This document shows, piece by piece, positions 10,622 through 19,899 of a stretch of 64,000 nucleotides of DNA; position 1 is the first letter of the stretch, and the number at the start of each line of letters is the position of its first letter. The stretch lies in NCBI GenBank assembly GCA_020696385.1, contig JAEHCQ010000007.1, positions 1-64,000 of the forward strand, given 5' to 3'. A program made the position numbers and the translations under genes. The notes below the pieces were generated by a model, which was not told the origin of the DNA, made no database searches, and worked only from the letters and a program-made list of their open reading frames with translations. The stretch is from Methanobacteriota archaeon (GTDB lineage Archaea; Thermoplasmatota; Thermoplasmata; SG8-5; JAGLSY01).

Positions 10622-10678
10622 TATATATTTTTAAAGATAGCTTTGGATCTGCCAGGAATTCGACAAGCTATTCCACCA

Positions 10679-11986
10679 TCACAGATATTTATTACACTTG
10701 TAGCAGAACCATCTATCATGCTGGCTGATATGTGTCGCGGACTGCCCACAGGTGGTGCAAGTGACGAACTGTGCTGGACTTTGCGGCTTAGGAGGGTGCT
10801 GTGGTGGGGGTGCCTGTTGATGTGACGGGTATTGGCCCTGTGGCTGTTGTTGATGTGTGTGCCCATGCTGCTGGTGTTGTGGCTGTTGCGACTGTTGCGG
10901 CGGTGGTGCCTGCTGATACTGCTGCTGTGGAGGCGGAGCCTGCTGTTGTTGATATTGATGAGATGGTGCTGGTGGCACAGGGGGTGATGGTGAACTGGCC
11001 TGTACCTCCTGTTGCACATTTTCAACCTCGTATTCCGCCTGCAGGAAATCACCCTTCAGGAAGAAAAATAACAGATCCAAAAGCGCGGAAGAAGATAGTG
11101 TTTTGATACTCACACTATCTGGCCCCGCATCTATCATTAGAATATCATGGATACCAGTTTGAAGACATGTGAAGCCTGCCAGATCAAGCTCGCCCTCATC
11201 CGACAATTTTCCAGATGTGATCGTGAGTGTTTTGTCAATTGTCAGCATCCTGCGGCTGATGAAAAAGGCATTGTCATCCAGGACATAGCTCTTGCCACTG
11301 CCATATACCAGTCCCTTGGCCATGAGGCCATCCATTGCCTCAGAGAATATTTCCTGTGGCTCTGTGGTTGCTGGCTCCAATATCTTTGCAATGATATTGG
11401 TCAGCCACTGATAATTACCATCAATGTTTGATAGTGCATTGATGACCTTATCCTTGCTGATCTTGATCGGTGTGATCTCCTTATCATCGGAGATCGTCTT
11501 CAAAAGCGATCTCCTTTGCAAGTCCAGCATCGCGGCGAGGACAAGTGCCTCACCGTGACTGAGCTCCTCGTCGAATTCCAGACTCCTGTAAATTGAATCC
11601 CCTATATTCTGACCAATTCCTTCTATTATCTTATCATTGATATCAGGATAATTGATCTTCTGGCTTCCCTCGTCATTGGTGATGGATACAGTTCGGCCAT
11701 CGGATGTGAAATAATTGATGTATTCGAATGTATGGCCGACCCCGCTATTGAAATATAATCTGGTGAAACCTCTGGGTGTGGCCAGTGCATCGATGACAGC
11801 TAAATAATTATCGACAATGGATCCATTGGGGTTGCATATTCCAGCACTGACAAGCTCATTCACACCTGCCTGAGAGCCCTCCGATCCATAATGAAATGGT
11901 GAGATACCACTTATCTCTCTTCCTAATGCGTTTTTGATCGCGCCCAGTAGTTCGGGCCTTACCACGAATTCGATGTTATTCTCCAT
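10679..11986 (-). CDS. Hypothetical protein with Gln/Pro-rich linker and C-terminal Zn ribbon
   Basis: 435-aa ORF with a GAGGGA SD; ends CTTCG...WFCYKC. Confidence 0.8.
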   Translation of the reverse strand: MENNIEFVVRPELLGAIKNALGREISGISPFHYGSEGSQAGVNELVSAGICNPNGSIVDNYLAVIDALATPRGFTRLYFNSGVGHTFEYINYFTSDGRTVSITNDEGSQKINYPDINDKIIEGIGQNIGDSIYRSLEFDEELSHGEALVLAAMLDLQRRSLLKTISDDKEITPIKISKDKVINALSNIDGNYQWLTNIIAKILEPATTEPQEIFSEAMDGLMAKGLVYGSGKSYVLDDNAFFISRRMLTIDKTLTITSGKLSDEGELDLAGFTCLQTGIHDILMIDAGPDSVSIKTLSSSALLDLLFFFLKGDFLQAEYEVENVQQEVQASSPSPPVPPAPSHQYQQQQAPPPQQQYQQAPPPQQSQQPQHQQHGHTHQQQPQGQYPSHQQAPPPQHPPKPQSPAQFVTCTTCGQSATHISQHDRWFCYKCNKYL

Positions 11987-12013
11987 TTTTATCCCTCGTA
12001 TATTTCATGATCA

Positions 12014-13918
12014 TCATAATCCGATTGCCTTCTTTCCCAGGTTCTTTATCGGATAAACTATATTATCTTTAATACCGTATTGATCAATCTGGCCCTGTGC
12101 TGCATTGGTCACCGCAGATTTGACCGTGGTTCGTACCAGGGTTTCCTTGAATATCTTGTCACCCGCACTCTTGGGAACAAACTCCCCGATCTTCTTCAGG
12201 CTGGGGGGAGCATTGAATATACTGCCGGATTTCTTACCTGTTGGTGTCCTGACCTTGTTCATAGCAGCATCAAATCCAATATCAACAGCAGCATCGATAC
12301 CTCCACTTACAGCACCTCCAACCAAACTGGTACCGTCTTCATTGGCCTGGCTGACCCCCTTTGATACATTCTTGATGCTGACATAACCGTATTTTATGGC
12401 CTTCCCAGGAGGACCAGTCACATCTCCGAGAACATCAATGGCCACATCAGCAGCTTTCTCCACACCCTCTGCGACAGCTAGGCCTCTACCTTCCCTTGTC
12501 GCCTGGTGTTGCCACATCTCGGATTCTTCCTGACGGATCTCCATGCGCTCTTCCAGTATTATCTTCTTTTTCCTGTTTATGGACTTCTGGCGCATGGCCT
12601 CGAGTTCGGCATCGGCCTCTCTCTGCATCTCATCCATCTTTCTATCGAAGGTGGAATCTCCTGCAGCTATCTTCTCATGCTCCTTCCGGCTCCATTCCTG
12701 ATCGGCCATATGGTTCTTTCTTGCCTGCTCGGCCTTGGATGGATCAAACCAATATCCGTCGGGAGTCACCCATTGGCCTGCAACTGAATCATATGTAATA
12801 TCCATCTTCTGACCTCGATGATCAGATACTTCTATCATATCCCCATTACGAGGGCCAGGATCCTGTCCTTCAGGAACTGGTGGCTCAGGCTCAGGTGGTG
12901 GACCGCCTATGCCAATATCCGCCCAACTGATTATCTCGGAAGCAATGATACCACCGATAATACCCGAGAAAGAGCTGGCTACTGCATGGTGATCTGATTC
13001 AAAGGCGTTCATGATGCTGATGCCCTCTGCGGGCGATGAAATAGATGCGTAGATGAAGGGGAGGGCCATTGGGGCCAATAATACCATTGAGTAGGCTGCT
13101 TGAGAATAAGAACCTCCTGAAGGTTTGTACAATTGCTGGGATATCATTTCATGCTTCATTTGCAGAAATATTCCAACAAAGCCAAGATAGAAAACGATGC
13201 CATAACCGAAACTAAAACCTAGCAATGTATCCTGTATAGCATAGTTAATGATAGGAGCCAGTATTAGCAAGCTCATAGCAATGATCTGAAGCATTATCTT
13301 CCTTTTTAAGGGAAAAATTTTCTCTGGCACATAAAGACCTATCATGAGAATGAACAGTATACCAGCTACCATGATCGGAATTCCTGGGAAAGGTGAGAGC
13401 TCTGGTATCATGGTGAAGTTCTCTGGAAGGACTATGATCACACTGAGGTATTTCATGAGAGTGGTTGGATTATGACCAGTCGCGGTGTACAATCCCCCTG
13501 ATGCGATCGGCGCAATGAGGACCATCGAGACAAGGAATCGACCAATCATGAAAATCAGTTTTGAAAAGAAAAAGGGTTTCTGCTCCTCTGTCGGAACAAG
13601 GCTCCCATTAGGATTCATCATTTTCCAGAGGAATAATCCAACTCCAATTCCTACAAATATTCCGATAAATGCCCAGGTGGGAGTGATGAATGCTATTAAC
13701 AAAGCAATACCAAATGCCGCCCACATAGGGGTCTTTGATGGCAATCCCTGGAATGTATTGGGAGCGGTCGTTTGATGTTGAGCCGCCCCATGGTACTGAT
13801 TACATCTAGAACATTGCCATTGATTGTATTGTTGAACCCAATTGGATGTACCTCCACACGATGGACATGGTGGTGACTGGCTTGTACCTGCTTGTTGTGG
13901 TTGATATTGATTGACCAT
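12014..13918 (-). CDS. Hypothetical multi-TM protein with N-terminal Zn ribbon and C-terminal coiled-coil plus Gly/Ala-rich region
   Basis: 634-aa ORF; CPSCG...WQCSRC, several hydrophobic helices, Pro-rich hinge. Confidence 0.8.
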   Translation of the reverse strand: MVNQYQPQQAGTSQSPPCPSCGGTSNWVQQYNQWQCSRCNQYHGAAQHQTTAPNTFQGLPSKTPMWAAFGIALLIAFITPTWAFIGIFVGIGVGLFLWKMMNPNGSLVPTEEQKPFFFSKLIFMIGRFLVSMVLIAPIASGGLYTATGHNPTTLMKYLSVIIVLPENFTMIPELSPFPGIPIMVAGILFILMIGLYVPEKIFPLKRKIMLQIIAMSLLILAPIINYAIQDTLLGFSFGYGIVFYLGFVGIFLQMKHEMISQQLYKPSGGSYSQAAYSMVLLAPMALPFIYASISSPAEGISIMNAFESDHHAVASSFSGIIGGIIASEIISWADIGIGGPPPEPEPPVPEGQDPGPRNGDMIEVSDHRGQKMDITYDSVAGQWVTPDGYWFDPSKAEQARKNHMADQEWSRKEHEKIAAGDSTFDRKMDEMQREADAELEAMRQKSINRKKKIILEERMEIRQEESEMWQHQATREGRGLAVAEGVEKAADVAIDVLGDVTGPPGKAIKYGYVSIKNVSKGVSQANEDGTSLVGGAVSGGIDAAVDIGFDAAMNKVRTPTGKKSGSIFNAPPSLKKIGEFVPKSAGDKIFKETLVRTTVKSAVTNAAQGQIDQYGIKDNIVYPIKNLGKKAIGL

Positions 13919-13943
13919 GATACAACTTTCCTGAATGATCTAT

Positions 13944-14696
13944 CTATTTGCTTTCAGGCTCTACTTCGCTCTCATCTCCAGTATCTACTGGGGTGTCCTC
14001 TACCTCGTCAGCCGAGAATTTGATCTCCTCGTCATCGTCATCCGGAACTTCTGGACCAAGACTTTCTTCCATCACGGTGATGTATTTTGGATCCACCTCA
14101 TCTGTAAGATAAACAGTGGTGCCAGCCTTCTTAATGATAAGCTCATCCTCTATCATGGCCTTGGTATTGATCTTCATTATCACCGGGAATGGATCCCTGA
14201 CGCGACCTGCATCCATCGCATTCTCATATGCCAGACTAAGATGCACACGCTTCCTGTCTGATGGTTTCAGGCCAGTCTCCAGCAGGATGTCAAGCTCCTC
14301 TTTTGTCGTGGGGTAGAAAAGCTCATCCGGTATGTTCCTGGTCGGTAGATCGAGATCAATGTCCACGGAATGGGCGTAGGTTGCCCTGATCATTCCATCG
14401 CGGAATTGATACCTACCTTTCGGATCGGTGTCAATCACTGCCAGAATATGATGGGCCCTGAGCCAGCGGAACCTGTTATGCCTTATCTGGACAGCATCGA
14501 CAAAAGATTTCAGGTCGATCCATCCATTCTCATTCATTTCAAGTTCATATCGTTCAGGGAAGTGCCTCAACACTCCGGCCATGGTACGACCTATTATGTC
14601 CAGTTCCTCCTGATTAAGGAAGAATCTGCCTTTCTCTCCACATATCGGGCATTCCTCGGCTCTAAAATAGCCGTGGGTATTACATTCTCTAAGCAT
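13944..14696 (-). CDS. kptA: RNA 2'-phosphotransferase (KptA/Tpt1)
   Basis: LRHFP, DPKGRYQ, IRATYAHS, RKRVHLS, archaeal N-terminal CxxHG-CPxCG. Confidence 0.93.
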   Translation of the reverse strand: MLRECNTHGYFRAEECPICGEKGRFFLNQEELDIIGRTMAGVLRHFPERYELEMNENGWIDLKSFVDAVQIRHNRFRWLRAHHILAVIDTDPKGRYQFRDGMIRATYAHSVDIDLDLPTRNIPDELFYPTTKEELDILLETGLKPSDRKRVHLSLAYENAMDAGRVRDPFPVIMKINTKAMIEDELIIKKAGTTVYLTDEVDPKYITVMEESLGPEVPDDDDEEIKFSADEVEDTPVDTGDESEVEPESK

Positions 14697-14890
14697 TAAA
14701 ACAGCTCCATTATATTATTAAATGAGTAAGATTCGCACCTATAATACCTTTTGCCATCAATTTGAATATCTAACTATATCTATATGCCTATGTATATGAA
14801 CTAATATAGTAAGGATATAGTAAGCTAATTAGTTGATATCAGTAACTTACCTAATTAGTTAACTTCAATTTCTTACAGAACTCAAGCAAC

Positions 14891-15736
14891 TCATCTAATG
14901 GGTATCTCCTTGGAGCTGAGCACCTTAAGCCCAAGTTCCTCACACATGGCCTTGAGCTCTCTCAGCCTGGGCTTGGACAATGCCTTTCTGTGGAAGTAAA
15001 CACCTTCCACATCTGGTACTTGCTCCATCAACTGCACCAGCATGTCATTGTCCAGCGCATCCGTCGCATAACCCGGGACCATGTGGCCAAAGGATATTTG
15101 ATGTGTCATGGCTACCTCTGACATTCTCGGCATATAATGACCTCCTCCGATACCGATGGCTATGATATCATCATCAGTTTCCAGGCTCTGGCCTGGGTTG
15201 ATAGCGATAGACAATATGGTCTCGGCAATCGCTCTGGCTGGTGGTTTTTCTGGCCAAGCGGTCTCATCACTACCGATCTCGATGAAGAAGGTCGGTGTAT
15301 TGATGTAAGGGCCGTGGTGTGTGGCCTCGAATGATATTTGGAAATCCATATCCTTAGCCTTCCTGGAAAGCGTTAGGAAGGCTTGTGTCATTTCCCTGGG
15401 TGCGGCTGATGCCAGTATCCCTGGCTTCCCGCCAAAATCTGCGGATGTGAAATTACCAAGTGGATGAACTGTCAGTGTTCGCAATTTGGACTGGCTGCGA
15501 TGCCGTGATGCCACGATGATCATCTCCGGCTCAATGTCCAGTTTCTCTTTCACTTGCAGATCCAGATCCTCACAATGAAGGTGGATATCATTTATTGTCA
15601 CCATGGTCATATCATCATATGCCAGAACCTCATTTCCATCAAAGGTACCAGCGAGCTTCCACTCCTCCAAGTCCAGCAATTCTTCTCTTATGTTCATGCT
15701 GGCTACATCTTCTTTAGAAGTTAGTATCAATATCAT
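14891..15736 (-). CDS. dtdA: D-aminoacyl-tRNA deacylase, archaeal DTD2 type
   Basis: ASRHRS, LTVHPLGN, EATHHGP, FIEIGS, GIGGGHY. Start trimmed to ATG 15736. Confidence 0.92.
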   Translation of the reverse strand: MILILTSKEDVASMNIREELLDLEEWKLAGTFDGNEVLAYDDMTMVTINDIHLHCEDLDLQVKEKLDIEPEMIIVASRHRSQSKLRTLTVHPLGNFTSADFGGKPGILASAAPREMTQAFLTLSRKAKDMDFQISFEATHHGPYINTPTFFIEIGSDETAWPEKPPARAIAETILSIAINPGQSLETDDDIIAIGIGGGHYMPRMSEVAMTHQISFGHMVPGYATDALDNDMLVQLMEQVPDVEGVYFHRKALSKPRLRELKAMCEELGLKVLSSKEIPIR

Positions 15737-15743
15737 GCTCACA

Positions 15744-16205
15744 TCACACATCCGGACTTTCTCTTTTGGACAAGTAGTGGATGTCCTCATGAAAGTAATA
15801 TCCTCTGGCCTTGAAAAGCTCCATGGACTCCTCGCTCTCATCCTCTATAAGGACTGTGATTATCCCGAGACCAAGGCTATCCAGATACTCTTCGATACTA
15901 TCCAGAAGAGTCTTGGCAATGCCCTTGTTCCTGCATTCTGGTATGACCGCCAGCCGGTTGATGTATCCACGCCGACCATCCGTGGAGCCGATCACGACAC
16001 CGACCATCTGGCCATCCTTCATGCAGCATCGGAACATACCCGGGTTAGCTTCCATTTGCGTACTAATGGAATCACGACTGTCCCGTCCGCGGGGTTTGTA
16101 TGGGAGACCTGCCAGCTTCCACACTTTGATCATGGAATCATAATCATCTATTGAAAATTTGATTATCTCGTATTCCATTGGTCTCATTAAATTCACTCCA
16201 ATCAT
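15744..16205 (-). CDS. GNAT acetyltransferase
   Basis: DGRRGYINRLAV, RNKGIAK motif A. True start may be 16178. Confidence 0.85.
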   Translation of the reverse strand: MIGVNLMRPMEYEIIKFSIDDYDSMIKVWKLAGLPYKPRGRDSRDSISTQMEANPGMFRCCMKDGQMVGVVIGSTDGRRGYINRLAVIPECRNKGIAKTLLDSIEEYLDSLGLGIITVLIEDESEESMELFKARGYYFHEDIHYLSKRESPDV

Positions 16206-16310
16206 CTTATCAACATTGGCTTATTCTTTCTAATCGCCTATATTCTATATATTATTAGCGATTAGAAAAACTAATACGTTTACATTCATAATATCTACGA
16301 AGTATTTGTT

Positions 16311-16841
16311 TCACTCCCATCGAAGTTTGTATTCACAATATTCATCGCCCTTGACCTGGCACTTTACCTTTTCCACAGTTCCCACTGTTCTTGTGGCCTC
16401 CAGGAAACCCTCGAAGGCACCCAGCCAGGCCACACAGCTTTCTTCGATCACATTCGAATCTTTGAAGAGCACGGTAGCATTCTTACCGAACTCGTCCGTG
16501 AGAACAGAAATCTTACCAAAAGGGAAGGTTTCCTCATAATTGTCCTTGGCCTTTCTAAGGAAGAATTTGATATTAGCATACCGAACTAAATGTGCAAGGC
16601 CACCAAGGTTCTTGGCTGTGTAATTACCTACTTTCCTGAGCTCTGCCAATCCATACTGATCAGAAATACAGGTTAGGAGATCAATATTGTAGGATTCGGG
16701 ATATAATTCCTTATCCTTCAGATCCTTGGGGTTTATGTTGGTATTGAGAATGCAGTCCTGCCAGGCATCTTTCCCATGCTCGGACAATACATAATCAAAA
16801 TATCCTTTCAGGACACCTCCTCTGAGCATTCGGTCGGTCAT
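16311..16841 (-). CDS. V4R-like small-ligand-binding domain protein
   Basis: C...GAFEGF...KCQVKGDEYCEY pattern typical of V4R domains. Confidence 0.65.
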   Translation of the reverse strand: MTDRMLRGGVLKGYFDYVLSEHGKDAWQDCILNTNINPKDLKDKELYPESYNIDLLTCISDQYGLAELRKVGNYTAKNLGGLAHLVRYANIKFFLRKAKDNYEETFPFGKISVLTDEFGKNATVLFKDSNVIEESCVAWLGAFEGFLEATRTVGTVEKVKCQVKGDEYCEYKLRWE

Positions 16842-16916
16842 TAGCCTATTGCATTATCGACATTGTATATGAAATTTTTCGATGATGATGGGGAAGGAGG
16901 GGGTGTTACGTGGGCA

Positions 16917-17142
16917 TTTGTTATGTGGGGTGAGGATAAGGACCCCGCCCATCGTTGAACTCCTGGCGGGGCTTAATTTGCCCACTCGCCCTTGAAAGCG
17001 AGTGGTTTATCTTCCTACTGGATCATCGCGACTGTCACCCGAATGCTCATCGAATACAGTACCCCGGGTCTGCTTTGATCGCCCCGGGGCATGCTCGAAT
17101 TGGTCTGCATCTACATTGTTATGAACATGCTCTGCTAACAAA
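16917..17142. repeat. Structured dispersed repeat, copy B (TTTGTTA...TAACAAA ends)
   Basis: Inverted homolog of 3023-3304 with at least four hairpins. Confidence 0.9.
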
Positions 17143-17171
17143 ATATAGGGTATGCTGGGTGTGAAATGAGT

Positions 17172-18272
17172 CTACGATTCGCCAACGATCTTCCTAGCTA
17201 TTGGCCCGAACTTAATGTCTTTGATCGTGATCATATTTTTCACACTAAACTCCTCGATCATCATCTTATCGGCCATCAGGTCATTGGATTTCAAATACTG
17301 GATCATCCTCGCACTCTCGTCCTTGGCAGTTTCATAGTCTGGATACGCGGATATCATGAAGGATTCAAAGCGCCTGGAACACAGGAATATCGTTGAATCA
17401 TCCATAATTCGATCGGTTACCTGGTCAGGCTCTGGAACATTGCCAGGATTGTATGTCATATGATATATCGACAGGACATCGAAATTTAACAATTTCAATG
17501 ACGGAATGCATAATGTCCTCAGGATCCCTTGGGTTTCCAGCTTCCTTCTGGTATTGGATATCGTGTGCCTCGACAATGGCAATAATTCTCCAAGGGACTT
17601 ATCACTCAAATCGGGATTCTCCACCAGAGCACAGAATATGAGCATCTCTGTTTTGGAAAGTTCATATGACGAATTGTTATTGAAAGCATCTTTTGTGAAC
17701 GTGTCAATATCATCAATTTGAGATCCATTCACATCCTCCATTTTCCAGGAAGCCAGATCCTTATCATCGATCTGAAAGTTCCTCTTCAGCAATGGAGCAT
17801 AATCAAGGAACCTGTCAATATGACTTGTTTCAAAGGGGAACAGGACCATGGTCGGATATTCCACCTCCAGAAGACCCAATTGGCCAAATATCTCTATGCG
17901 CTTGTCTTCGATATGCGTGACATCGGAATAGTTCCTGGCAACACTTATGGAAAAGCCACGGAAGGTGTCACCAACAGAATAGAAGATCTCCTCAAACACC
18001 TCGATCGTATTGGCAGTCTTTTGTATCCTGGCCTCTAACTGCACCGCCTGATTGAAATGCGTGTATGTGACACAAAAAAGTTCCGCACCCAGTCTCTGTA
18101 ACATTGGAATTCTTATCTTCTTAAAATACCCGGCTTTCTTCAGCCTCTGCTTGATGGAGGAAAAGGTAGATACCTTCATATTCACCTGATGAGCTATTTC
18201 CTTATCGGTGAAATGTGGATATTTGACAAGCCCATAGAGTACTAATTTCTCTCGTCGGGATAATTTATTCAT
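17172..18272 (-). CDS. Tandem-duplicated wHTH (Lrp/AsnC-like) transcriptional regulator
   Basis: Two similar halves, each starting LS+xE..LxxLVxxPxxxDKxxxxxxxxxxxT...+L; divergent from the hdr operon. Confidence 0.75.
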   Translation of the reverse strand: MNKLSRREKLVLYGLVKYPHFTDKEIAHQVNMKVSTFSSIKQRLKKAGYFKKIRIPMLQRLGAELFCVTYTHFNQAVQLEARIQKTANTIEVFEEIFYSVGDTFRGFSISVARNYSDVTHIEDKRIEIFGQLGLLEVEYPTMVLFPFETSHIDRFLDYAPLLKRNFQIDDKDLASWKMEDVNGSQIDDIDTFTKDAFNNNSSYELSKTEMLIFCALVENPDLSDKSLGELLPLSRHTISNTRRKLETQGILRTLCIPSLKLLNFDVLSIYHMTYNPGNVPEPDQVTDRIMDDSTIFLCSRRFESFMISAYPDYETAKDESARMIQYLKSNDLMADKMMIEEFSVKNMITIKDIKFGPIARKIVGES

Positions 18273-18439
18273 GTTTGATGTTAATGTGGTGATGAAACAT
18301 ATAGTTTTCTACCAATAATACGAAATAAATGAAAAATATATTAAAAATGTAAATTAATGTAACATTATGCATTAGATATCTATCATTAATGCTAAAAATA
18401 GGCGTAAAATATGAATTAATGAGAACTAATGGCTTAAGT

Positions 18440-18447
18440 TTTAAATA
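18440..18447 (+). promoter_or_regulatory. Putative TATA box of the hdr-flx operon
   Basis: TTTAAATA about 25 nt upstream of the hairpin-rich leader that begins at 18472. Confidence 0.45.
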
Positions 18448-18502
18448 CCTATTCTCAATATACCCTCCTCTACAACTGGGAACAGAAAATGTCCAGTTGT
18501 GG

Positions 18503-18574
18503 ATGAAAAGCCAAAGACTTTTCATATGGAAGGCTAAACGCCTTCCATCAAAGGAGGACGGAGGAATATCATGA
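18503..18574 (+). CDS. Candidate leader micro-ORF, 23 aa (MKSQRLFIWKAKRLPSKEDGGIS)
   Basis: Reads through two hairpins; its TGA overlaps the hdrC ATG (ATGA). Confidence 0.35.
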   Translation: MKSQRLFIWKAKRLPSKEDGGIS

Positions 18575-19005
18575 CCGAGGTATCGGGTAATGAATGCAGG
18601 GAAAAGCACGAACTTGAAAAGATCAGAATAGATCATAGCCTTGCCGAGGAATTGAAAGATCTTTGTGAGGAAGAATTTTTTGGTTGTTACCAATGCGGCA
18701 CCTGTGCTGCAGGATGTCCATTTATAGAAGAGATGGACCTAACACCAGATGAGGTCATCAGACATGTGATCATGGACAAGAGAGAAGTTCTCAGCTCCAA
18801 GACCATATGGCTCTGCGCATCTTGTTATACATGCGCCGAAAGATGCCCCCGAGACATCAATATCACAAAATTGATGGAAGCTCTCAGGCAGATCATATTG
18901 AGGAACAGTGTGGACAAGACCGATATGAGTTGCATCACGGATGAAGAACTGAAAAAGATACCTCAGATAGCTTTCGTCAGTCTTTTCAGAAAGAACATTG
19001 GGTGA
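18571..19005 (+). CDS. hdrC: Heterodisulfide reductase subunit C-like
   Basis: CYQCGTCAAGCP and WLCASCYTCAERCPR. Confidence 0.9.
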   Translation: MTEVSGNECREKHELEKIRIDHSLAEELKDLCEEEFFGCYQCGTCAAGCPFIEEMDLTPDEVIRHVIMDKREVLSSKTIWLCASCYTCAERCPRDINITKLMEALRQIILRNSVDKTDMSCITDEELKKIPQIAFVSLFRKNIG

Positions 19006-19886
19006 ATTCAATGGATCTACTATATTATCCCGGTTGTACGGTCAAGACCTCTGCCAAATGCCTTGAGACCTCAGGTTTCGCTGTGATCAAGGCCCTTGGT
19101 CACAATCTTGTAGAGATGGAAGAATGGAATTGCTGTGGAGTGGTCGCATCCCTGACAGATGATGATCTAATGCACCATCTGGCCCCACTGAGGAACTTGA
19201 TCCACGCTGAAGATCAAGGCCAGGAAAAGATCGTCACGTTCTGTGACATGTGCGGCAATACCCTCAAGCAGACAAACCTCCGAGTACAAGAAAGCGAAGA
19301 AAATCTTGATACTTTAAACAATTTTATGGATCAGGAAGAGGATTATAAAAAGAGTGTGGATGTCCAACATTTTCTGGAATTCCTAAGGGACGATGTCGGC
19401 TTTGCCAAATTGAAGAAGTCGGTGAAGAAACCACTGAAGGGAATGAAGATCATGCCCTATTACGGTTGTACGATGTTGAGACCACGAGAAGTTGCCATAG
19501 ATGATGCGGAAGAACCAAGGATACTGGCTGATCTACTGAAGTCCCTGGGAGCGGAGGTTATCGACACACCTTACAAGATAGAATGCTGTGGCTCCTATCA
19601 TACTATAGAACAGAAAGATCTGACTGCAAAGAGAGCTTATCGAATATCATCCTCAGCACAGAAAGCTGGTGCTGATGCCATCATGCTCTCATGCCCGATG
19701 TGCAAGTTCAATCTGGACCACAGGGGCAAGGATGCTGAATCCCTCTATGATGGATATAAGCAGATACCAGTTTATTATTACACACAATTAATCGCAATGG
19801 CCATGGGCCTGGATATAGAAGAATGTGGATTCGATTCACATACGGTTGACCCGATACCGCTCCTGAAGGAGAAAAAGGTCATATAA
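19002..19886 (+). CDS. hdrB: Heterodisulfide reductase subunit B-like
   Basis: Two CCG domains: YYPGC..WNCCG..CDMC and YYGC..ECCG..CPMC. Confidence 0.92.
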   Translation: MNSMDLLYYPGCTVKTSAKCLETSGFAVIKALGHNLVEMEEWNCCGVVASLTDDDLMHHLAPLRNLIHAEDQGQEKIVTFCDMCGNTLKQTNLRVQESEENLDTLNNFMDQEEDYKKSVDVQHFLEFLRDDVGFAKLKKSVKKPLKGMKIMPYYGCTMLRPREVAIDDAEEPRILADLLKSLGAEVIDTPYKIECCGSYHTIEQKDLTAKRAYRISSSAQKAGADAIMLSCPMCKFNLDHRGKDAESLYDGYKQIPVYYYTQLIAMAMGLDIEECGFDSHTVDPIPLLKEKKVI

Positions 19887-19899
19887 GGAAGGCGTTCGA

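Noticed and set aside
10506-14696. Functional link between the tRNA intron and nearby kptA
   Set aside because: Archaeal RtcB-type ligation leaves no 2'-phosphate, and the genes are separated and on opposite strands.
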